Shown here: piece after piece, positions 54,239-64,000 of the stretch
Numbering within the stretch: position 1 is the stretch's first letter
Layout of the letters: each line of letters begins with the position of its first letter
Source of the DNA: Octopus vulgaris
Taxonomy: Eukaryota
Length of the DNA: 64,000 nt
Assembly: GCA_951406725.2 (NCBI GenBank)
Contig: OX597823.1
Span: 114,266,001-114,330,000 of the forward strand
Reading direction: 5' to 3'
Translations under genes and position numbers: made by a program
Notes under the pieces: model-generated
Seen by the model: the letters and a program-made list of their open reading frames with translations, nothing else
Told to the model about the DNA's origin: nothing
The model's database searches: none

Positions 54239-54959
54239 AAGAAAAATTGCTGATTTGCTGTTCAGTGTTTGTTATTTGACGAGATTTTTCACGTGTTGTT
54301 TATCCGTATTGTTATTGATGTTGAGGAGTTGTTATAAAGAAAATATTAGTAACAGAGAGTGGATGTGTCAGATGATGATGATGATAATAATGATGATTTT
54401 GTTAACATAAATGGTGATGATGATGATGATGATGAAGTTAGCGTTGGTAATGGTTGACAGTGGAGGTGGATGTAGTAACTTTGTGTGTGATGGTTATATG
54501 CTATGTAGCAGTAAGAGTTTAGTGATAATAACTGTTGTTTTAGAGAAGATGGCGACGTAGGTTACGTTAGTAGTTATCACAGTTCGTGCCATAATACAAA
54601 TATGATGGTAGCCATGGTGCTTTAAGATGGACAAATTTCGTTTGTTTTTCGTGTGTTCTAGTGTTGTTTCCTGTATTGTTTTGTTAATTTTTGCAGTGTT
54701 TCTATAAGGAATATCATAAAATTATTTACAGTATAACAACTATAAACAACAAAACAAAACAAGAACTATCTTAAAATGTCTCTGAAACAAACGGATGAAA
54801 AGAAGAATCGTAAAAGAAACCATAAAATCACCAATAACAATTTTAAATGTTTTACTTCAATGAAGCTGTGTGCCTGTTGTTTGGGTTTTTCTTTTATTTT
54901 ACTTTTTTTTACATTGCTTGGTGTTACTGACTGAATATTGGAAACATAGCTTATACGTA

Positions 54960-54970
54960 TACATATATGT

Positions 54971-55039
<69 letters not shown>

Positions 55040-55063
55040 TATATATACATATAAATATATGTA

Positions 55064-55094
<31 letters not shown>

Positions 55095-55169
55095 ATATAT
55101 GTATGTATGTATATATATATATATGTATATATATATGTGTGTGTGTATATATACATATGTATGTGTATT

Positions 55170-55224
<55 letters not shown>

Positions 55225-55372
55225 GTATGTGTATTTATATATACACACACATATATATATATATACACACTTTCTCTCTCCTTGTGTATATATATGATAT
55301 ATATATATATATGTGCGTGCATGTATGTGATATATGATGTATGATATAGGATATATATATGTATATATGTAT
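54960..55372. repeat. (TA)n/(TATG)n microsatellite
   Basis: Direct inspection. Confidence 0.93.
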
Positions 55373-55642
55373 ATGAAGAAATTTTGAGAACAGGAAGAAA
55401 TACATTCGTGTTGTAATCACAGGAATAAATACTGATTATATCGACTAACGATATCGATGACGACTACGACGATAACAATCATGATGATAACTCTGATGAT
55501 ATTGATGACGTAGGACATTGGTTATATTGGATACATTAATAGCAAAATTATTGAGAGAGATTGTGCAAAGAAAGAATGAGAGAATGAATATTGTGAATCT
55601 AGTTGAAATAACGTTCGTTTTTATTATCCATAAATCACCCTC

Positions 55643-56196
<554 letters not shown>

Positions 56197-57345
56197 GATG
56201 GCGTAGGCATATCCCAGGAAAACGTCTCAGAGAATGAGAAAGCAACAATATTTTGGGATATCCCTATATACACAGATAAAGAGATGAAGTTTCGACAGAT
56301 CAAAATGTATCTCCAAATGTGACACAAAAATACAAAGATCTGGAAATAGAGATAATCCGAATGAGAAATAATCCCCATAGTAACAGGAGCAATAGGCATG
56401 GTTAAACATATACAGGGAAATACATAACCAGATCACCATGAAAATGGTGCTACCTTCTATGTAGGTAATACTGAAGAAAGTTTAATAAGAGCTGCTAGAG
56501 TAAGAGTTGAAGACAGGGAAACCAAAAGGCCAAATAAAGTTAATAACAAGAAAAAGGCGAAGTTTATCTTAATGGAAAGAGTAGGATTTGAATGGATTCC
56601 TAAAGATAGTTTCAGGAAATACAAGTAGCAAGACATGTTATGGCTGCAGAGAAGAAGGCTAAAAATGAGACAGGAAATTTGTTATTAGCAGCACAAGATC
56701 AAGCATTAAGGACAAGCTGGATAAAAACCAAGATAGCCAAAACCCAGGTATATTCTCAATCTAGGTTATCTAAATCGAAAAAGGAAAACGTTACTTATAT
56801 ACTAAGTGAAAGCAGCAAGTTGATGCAGTAACAATAAAAAGAAAAGACAAGACACTATAAAGAAAATATATCCACAAGGACTTATGCAGAAAGCTAGGAC
56901 TTGACCATACTGATAATCGGTATGAACATGAACCTAATAAAGTACTAGAAAGTAAGAAATATACGATGTTGTGGGATCTTAACATTAAGACTGATAAAGT
57001 AATAGAAGTTAAGACACACTTTATAGCTCGAAGTGCTGAAAATAGGTATATGAGCGGTACAGAGACAATAATAAAGAGCCAGGTCCTAGTCATTGAGTTA
57101 CAGAGGTTATGAAAAGTGCAGATAAAGATATATCCCTGTAATCATCGGTACAATAAGAATTATTCCTGAAGACTTGAACAGATGCCTCGAGGAATAGGCA
57201 TAAAAACTATATTATGCACCACCATAAAAATGTATCATTAAGGACTTCTAGCATACTTAGGAAGGTTCTTCGCGTTTAAGGTTAACTGTTGTAGTCTGTT
57301 GAGGGTATTTTTTCAACAATATAATCTGTTGTGCATATATGAAAT
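56197..57345 (+). mobile_element. Two juxtaposed degenerate R4/Dong-type LINE 3' fragments
   Basis: ENEKATIFWDIPIYTDK (56230-56280), then LLLAAQDQALRT, YEHEPNKVLES..YTMLWDLNIKTDKVI and IPVIIGTI. Ends in (AAT)n/(GAT)n. Confidence 0.72.
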
Positions 57346-57358
57346 AATAATAATAATA

Positions 57359-57403
<45 letters not shown>

Positions 57404-57405
<2 letters not shown>

Positions 57406-57584
57406 AAAAATATTCAAATACATAACAAAAACACTGTAAATTGCACTACTGGGCACTGCACACATCCTACGCAAAACACTTTCAATACAGTAACCATCAG
57501 AGCATCACAACAAATCACAGCACATACCCAAGGCACACAGAGCTGCGCTCGGTAGTGAAGTGAAAGCACGCTATAAAAATAAAA

Positions 57585-57589
<5 letters not shown>
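57404..57589 (+). mobile_element. Extreme 3' end of an R4/Dong-type LINE with (AAT)n tail
   Basis: IALLGTAHILRKTL C-terminal motif, then a 3' UTR and (AAT)n at 57588-57681. Confidence 0.7.
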
Positions 57590-57660
<71 letters not shown>

Positions 57661-57681
57661 GTAATAATAATAATAATAATA

Positions 57682-59800
57682 AGGATGTAGGAAGTGTTCT
57701 CAGGGTACCACGGATCATGTGGTCATCGATAAAAGAGTTTTGAGGCATTGTAAAAGACATCATACAAGCATGTCTGTGGCTTGGATAGATTTTAGGAAGG
57801 CATGTGGTATGATGCCTCATTCTTGCATCGGTGAATATATGCAGATGTTAGGTGTTACTGACCGCTACGTTCTGAGTTCAAATTCCACCGAGGTCGACTT
57901 TGCCTTTCATCCTTTCGGGGTCGATTAAATAAGTACCAGTTACGCACTGCGGTCGATATAATCGACTTAATCCGTTTGTCTGTCCTTTTTTGTCCTCTCT
58001 GTGTGTAGCCCCTTGTGGGTAGTAAAGAAATAGGTGTTACTGACAACATCACAAATTTACTGATGCATAGCATGAAAGTACAGAAAGCCAAATTATACTC
58101 AAGTAATATATTCCTTGGAGAAGTTAATATTAAAAGGGGAATCTTCAAAGGTGACATGTTTTCTCCGTTACTATTTATAATTTCAGTAATACCCATAACA
58201 ATGACACTTAGGAGAGTTAAGATGGGTTGCCGATGTGGGAAGAAAAGCCCATCATTTAACCATCTACTGTTTATGGATGACCTGAAATTGTTTGGGAAAT
58301 CTGAAAAAATCAGATAGATTCCTTAACTAAAACAGTCCAGAAGTGTGGTAGGGACATTGGTATGAAATTTGGGATTACTAAATTTTCAGTACTTAATATG
58401 AAATTAGGGAAGAAAGCAGCCTGTATTGGACTGCGGTTACCATCAGGAGGGACCATGGGGAATCCCAACGGTATTGGTTTTAGATATTTAGGGATTTTGG
58501 AGATGGATTACATTTTACGCAGAGAAATGAAAGTCAAGATCAGAAAGGCGTACCAAAGAAGGGTGAAGATGTTGTTGAAATCCAGCTGGAATGCCAAAGA
58601 TGTGATTACTGCAATGAATATCTGCGCAGCTGCGGTGGTCAGATATAATGCGCCCATCCTTAAATGGACTAAGGAGGAAATATCAACACTGGAAAGAAGG
58701 ACGAGAGAGTTGATGACGCTGCATGGGGCGCTACACCCTAAAGCAAACGTAAACGGATTGTATATGAAAAGAAAGAATGGTGGTAGAGGACTAATTAGTA
58801 TAGACCATTGTATAAGGAGTAAAAGGAGAACGCTTGTTGAGTATTTGATAAATAGTAACGAAGACGTGATGCAATATGTTGCGAAAGATATGGGTGTAAA
58901 TGCAGATGATATGACGGGCAAGGAAGAGTTTTAACCAAAGAGCTGAGGAAAAGGGAAAAGAAGAGCTTCTTGAAATGAGAATGCATGGACAGTTTGAAAG
59001 GAATACATAGGACGTTAAGGATAATACAGAATCGTGGGCATGACTTAAGCGAAGTAATTTGAATCGTAGCACCAAAAGCCTGACCAATGCTGCACAAAAC
59101 CAGGCTCTCGCTGCCAATTCAGTGAAGTATAAAATCTATACAATTCTGACATCCAGAAATGCAGAATTTGTGGAAAGAGTGTTGAAAGTGTGATAAACTT
59201 GGTTAGGGGATGTGAGAGTCTTGCACAAAAAGAATACAAGCGCCACCACGATAAAGTGTGTGTGTATCTTCATCGGCTTTTATGCTGTAAATACCAATAT
59301 GAAGTAACAGAGAACTGGTATGAGCATGTACCAAGTAAAGTTATGTAGGTGGATGGAAAAGTAACGATATTCTAGGACTATGATTTCCAGACAGATAGTG
59401 TAATCGGACACCGTCGGCCGGATATTGTTATATTGAATAAGAGAGACAAATACAGTGAGATCAGTGATGTAGCCATACTAAATGACATGAATGTTGTGAG
59501 TAAAGAAGTTGAAAAATCACCGAGTACTCGGAATTGAAAGTGGAAATGGAATGCGAGAGGGTAATGTAAAAGTGATACAAGTGGTGATCAGAGCTTTGCG
59601 CTCAATCACGTTGAAGCTTCAAGACTTCTTGAAGAAATCCCATGCAAGGCTGGTGTGTTGCAAAAAACAGCTTTGTTTGGCACAGCGCACATATTAAGGA
59701 AAGTATAATCTGTTTGAGTTCCCTGTTGTGTCTTGACAGATGACTAAAGATTCCGATGCATTTTTACCTAAATTGTGTTACGAAGGAATAGTAATAATAA
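57682..59800 (+). mobile_element. 5'-truncated R4/Dong-clade LINE (RT, CCHC, restriction-like endonuclease), degenerate
   Basis: AWIDFRKA..MMPHS, KRGIFKGDMFSPLLF, NHLLFMDDLKLF, RYLGILE, LHPKANVNGLYMKRKNGGRGL, MHGQF, CRICGK, RHHDKV, HRRPDIVILNK, DVAI. Several stops and frameshifts. Confidence 0.9.
57863..58030 (+). mobile_element. 5'-truncated family-A SINE inserted in the LINE RT domain
   Basis: Perfect duplication taggtgttactgac at 57849-57862 and 58031-58044. Confidence 0.9.
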
Positions 59801-59807
59801 AAATATT

Positions 59808-60006
59808 GGCGCAGAGGTAGCTGTGTGGTAAGTAGCTTGCTTACGAACCACATGCTTCCGGGTTCAGTCTCACTGCATGGCACCTTGGGCAAGTATCTTC
59901 TACCATAGCCTCGGGCTGACCAAAGCCTTTTGAGTGGATTTGTTACACGGAAACTGAAAGAAGCCCGTCGTATATATATGTGTGTGTATGTGTGCGTGGG
60001 AGTGTT

Positions 60007-60046
<40 letters not shown>

Positions 60047-60050
60047 TCCC
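59808..60050 (+). mobile_element. 5' part of family-B CORE-type SINE
   Basis: ggcgcagaggtagctgtgtggtaag...ccgggttcagtc...caccttgggcaagt...gaaagaagcccgtcg followed by (TG)n. Confidence 0.8.
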
Positions 60051-60057
60051 CGCAACG

Positions 60058-60250
60058 TCACTTGATGGGAACAGTGAGCAAAAAGCTCGAGAAGTATATA
60101 GAACAAATAGGGACTTCAGTAAGTGAGAAGCACTTGCAGAAAACAGCACTGCTTGGTACCACTCGAATACTCCGGATGATGCTCAAAAAATATGGGGTAT
60201 TGCCTAAGTAGCACGTCTCCAGCGTTAGAAGCTGTGCAAAGACCATAAAG
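60058..60250 (+). mobile_element. 3' end of another R4/Dong-type LINE
   Basis: LMGTVSKKLEKYIEQIG...LQKTALLGTTRILR followed by a (GAA)/(CAA) tail. Confidence 0.7.
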
Positions 60251-61791
60251 AAGAAGAATGAGGAGGATGAGGAGGAGAAGAAGAAGAAGAACAACAACAA
60301 CAACAATAACAACAACAGCAATAAAAATTAAAAACAATGAAGATGTGAGTTGAAGAAAGTAGGTCCAATAGGGTGATATAGATCTTCAATTGCCCTCATT
60401 GCTGTGTACAGTTGAGTTTTTTCCTGTCCTGCAGGTTCACTCTGAGGACAGGCCAATCGATGCAGAATATTTTGGTCAATTTCAAGAGTGAGAATCCCAA
60501 ACAAAAAAAAAAAAGAAAGGGAAAAAAACGCAGAGATATTAATGTTACTATTAGCTTAATTACAATGAGCTTTTTAATGAATAATATAAATATGCTTCGT
60601 AGGCGTCAGCAAAATTATCATAAATATTCGTTTAGACTTCAAACAGCCAGCATTTGTATCTAAGCCAGTAGCGATAACAGTTGTTCTGATGACGTATGCA
60701 ATAAGTGTAGCGAATAACCATTACACTTGTCTCGACAGATCAATATTTCTGTCAAAAGCAAATTGCAGCTCCTTCGAGAACAATATGTATATGGGACACA
60801 CATGCACTTCCATCTCAGTTAATTATTGACTATGAAAATATTATGGAGTTTTTATATTAAGCCAGGGTATGTGGGTCGTCAGAAGTCTAATCTCATTATT
60901 CATGAGAACACATGAATTTATCTTTGTTAAACATTAACAAATAATTATTACGGGTGGGACCGTGTAAATTGAACGGAATGAAAAAAATTAAGAGAACCTA
61001 ATTTAAGAAACAAGGGATGATTTGCATTTTTATAGCATTCATAGTTTAGCTGTTATTAAATATTCTATATTTATTTCGCAGTGTTTCTGTCGGTGTTGTC
61101 TTTTCCCTCTTTTTATTATATCTTCTCGATTTTTCTCTCTGGTACGTGCTCTATATCTACACATCCTTCCACGGGCAGCCTTCAACCGTGTTTCTTGTGA
61201 ATCCATAGTTTCGGCTAAATTAACACTTATAAATATAAATATCAATTTTTTAAGCGAGCAGACGATAAATAATTGGACTTATGCTTATGCGATGGTCGCC
61301 ATAAATAAAATTAGTTTAAGAAAATACTTTCCACTATCAACACACCACCATCACCAACATCAACACCACCGCTCTTTGCCTATCTCTCTCCCTCTCTCCC
61401 TCTCTTAACATAACTGCCTCCCCTATTTATCTCTCTCTCTCTCTCTCAATTTGTCTTTCCCTTCAGCTAATTTTTAAAGCACGTAATTATTAATCCTCCA
61501 ATCACCGCACTGCACGTTGTTTACACTTCTCTCTCCCTCTTTTTCTCTCGTCGTCTTTTTAACTCGTTCCTCGCCTGTACCTTCAGCTGACCACGTGACT
61601 ATTTAGCTTAAGTATATTAATAATAATCAGCTTTTTCCACTTCTTCCTCTCTTCTGTCTTCATTCCTCTCTTTCTCTTTCTCTCTCTCTCTCTCTCTCTC
61701 TGTCTTACACATCTTCTCACTCGCTCCACGTCCATACTGTAACTAGATAATATATCGCGGGCGAAACAAGCACATTATCATACAGATGCTA

Positions 61792-62231
61792 AAGAGTGGT
61801 CATTATGCTCCGCAGTAATTTTGGGAGCTCTGCTTTTGTGATCCTTTCTAAGAATTCACATAAGAATCCGACGGTACCTATCTGAAAATTTTGGTTTTCT
61901 TCCGGAATTTTGTTTTGACGAGATTTCATTTCCCTCTTTCTCAAAGGCTATCATTACTTCTTGATACGCCAAACATATTCGGTATTTTCGTTAAGCTAGC
62001 ACCTGCCATACACGGACCAACAATTTGACCTCTTTGAAGGTTCGATAGATCTGTCATTTTAATGAATTTTAATTACCTTTTTCTTATGATATATGAAATA
62101 AACAGCAATTTTAGCAACATATATTAAGCAACACTGATAATAAATAAAAAAGCAAGCTTTTGACGGTTTTATAGATATTTCAAAATTACGATGCCATGAT
62201 GTTAGGTATTTCCATTATTTTGTCCACTCCC

Positions 62232-62232
<1 letters not shown>
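61792..62232 (-). mobile_element. 5' remnant of Tc1-like transposon (TIR + N-terminal HTH)
   Basis: Minus-strand TIR-like agggagtggacaaaataatggaaatacc after (TA). ATG at 62057 reads MTDLSNLQRGQIVGPCMAGASLTKIPNMFGVSR, then after a frameshift NSGRKPKFSDRYRR (GRPR-like). Confidence 0.75.
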
Positions 62233-62313
<81 letters not shown>

Positions 62314-62334
62314 TTCACATATACACACACATAC

Positions 62335-62407
<73 letters not shown>

Positions 62408-62412
62408 TATAT

Positions 62413-62452
<40 letters not shown>

Positions 62453-62789
62453 GTAGAGAGAGAGAGAGAGAGAGAGAATATGGTGTGGGTAAGATCACTT
62501 GTAAGCTAAACGAAGAGGTACGCTGCATAAGTTCTATAGTTAGTTGAACATTGGGTCCAAGATCACAGCTAAGGCTGGATCTAGGGATCCGCGTTAGGGT
62601 TCCGTTATAGGATGTGTATATTGTGTTAGAGGAGAAATCGAACCCATGGCAGAAAGCGTATCTCAAGTCATTTAGAATAATTTTTTTCGGTGAATTTGAA
62701 GTCTTACAGCTGCTTCTTGGATAACCCAAGTGGTTGGTTAACATGTCCGTGCACTGGATATTCCGTCGTCAGACTCAAGGTATGAATAA

Positions 62790-63024
62790 TTTAGACGGGG
62801 AAAATTTATAGTTTACAAGAAATAAAATTCACATATTATAAGGAATAAAACAGAAGAACTTCGTAATAAAATAGAAGAATAACGAGTAAAAGTACAAGAA
62901 TATAGTCAGATCTTCTAACTACTTTTACTCTATATTCTTCTATGTTACTTCTTTATTCATCTATTTTATTCCTTATAAACTGTGAATTTTATTCCTTGTA
63001 AACTGTAACTTTTCCCCGTCTAAA
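62790..63024. repeat. Imperfect ~110-bp inverted repeat (old fold-back)
   Basis: tttagacggggaaaa...tttacaagaaataaaattcac...ttataaggaataaaa mirrors ttttattccttataa...gtgaattttattccttgtaaa...ttttccccgtctaaa. Confidence 0.75.
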
Positions 63025-64000
63025 ATATTTATATCTTTGGTTGATAATCTCAACAAAAACTCTCCAACGAACAGGAACATGAAACTCTAACAGTCTTTGT
63101 GGTGCTTTTGCAGATTTATGAATAAAGTGTATATATATATAAATATAATATATATATATAATTTACTTGGAAGAGGTGGCGTGGCGTTCGATCATATAAT
63201 AACAATATAATAAATATAACATATGCATACATACATACATATATGTACATACCTACATCTATATGTATATATACATGCATATATGGGTACAGGACACCAC
63301 AAAAAAGAACGTAGAACACAACGAGAAACGAAAATATAAAAACAAAACATGGAAACGGACTTTCTTTAAACAACGAAAGAACAGATTACAAGACATACAG
63401 CATAAGGAACATCCCCCTTCTTCAGCTGCCCCTGCTTCGACTTATTGCGTGTTTGTTATTATATTTATATATATCTTACATACCCTATCTTGTCTTAAAT
63501 TACTTTATATTGTGCCTGTAAAGGTCTGAAATTGCTAGCCGCCTTATTATTACCGTAAATAACGGTAATAATACGACTTTACTTAAATTTATCTTATTTA
63601 CGATAGTTTCTTTTAAACGGAGCCAGATGATTAAAGTAAGGAATGCACAAGAGCTAACGTAGTGTATATTTTAGTAATAGATGTTAAATGCCGTCTTCAA
63701 CTGAAGATAGCAAAGCATGTTGTTATGCAAAGCGTGATATCAATTGGTATTGAAATATGTACTACTAATCTATGTATTCAAATCAAAAGTAATCCTGTTT
63801 CGGAAATGTTCATTGCGATGCTCGTCTCTATCTTTATCGTAATTTTTATGGTGGTTTTTTGGTGCAACAGATTTCATTTTAGTAACTGGTATTATATACC
63901 CTACCTTATCCTAAATTACTTAAGGGTACGCGTGTCTGTGAATTGCTCGGCCACTTGCAGGTAAATTTTATGAGTAGGCTGTTCTCTTGATCAGGTCACC

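Noticed and set aside
58362-58934. 190-aa ORF as a functional gene
   Set aside because: It is part of a 5'-truncated LINE with flanking stops, frameshifts and a SINE insertion.
60410-60480. Splice-acceptor-like ttttttcctgtcctgcag as a host exon start
   Set aside because: There is no convincing downstream donor or recognisable peptide, so it cannot be supported without RNA data.

Overview
AT-rich, microsatellite-saturated eukaryotic DNA, most likely intergenic or deep-intronic sequence from an octopus or other coleoid cephalopod (inferred from the SINE families and the (TA)n/(CA)n/(GATA)n/(AAT)n load). No intact host gene could be supported. Almost all listed ORFs are translations of simple repeats. 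The window is a transposon graveyard: three tRNA-derived SINE families (several with TSDs), degenerate R4/Dong-type, RTE and Tx1/L1-type LINE fragments, two mariner elements and one Tc1 remnant, Helentron-type non-autonomous elements, and a Penelope-like GIY-YIG remnant. The main signal outside the ORF track is a set of small non-coding elements inserted in (TA)n tracts. Many are tandem or fold-back structures and several carry type I hammerhead ribozyme (HHR) motifs. The best example is a near-identical ~357-360 bp tandem-plus-inverted array at 10789-11902 with three HHRs (retrozyme or Penelope pseudo-LTR-like). Four elements with no evident similarity outside the ribozyme share a non-canonical CCGANGA (U4C) core. 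One has a U3-A8 covariant core and one has the canonical CUGAUGA core. All ribozyme calls are by-eye motif and pairing analysis; activity is untested.
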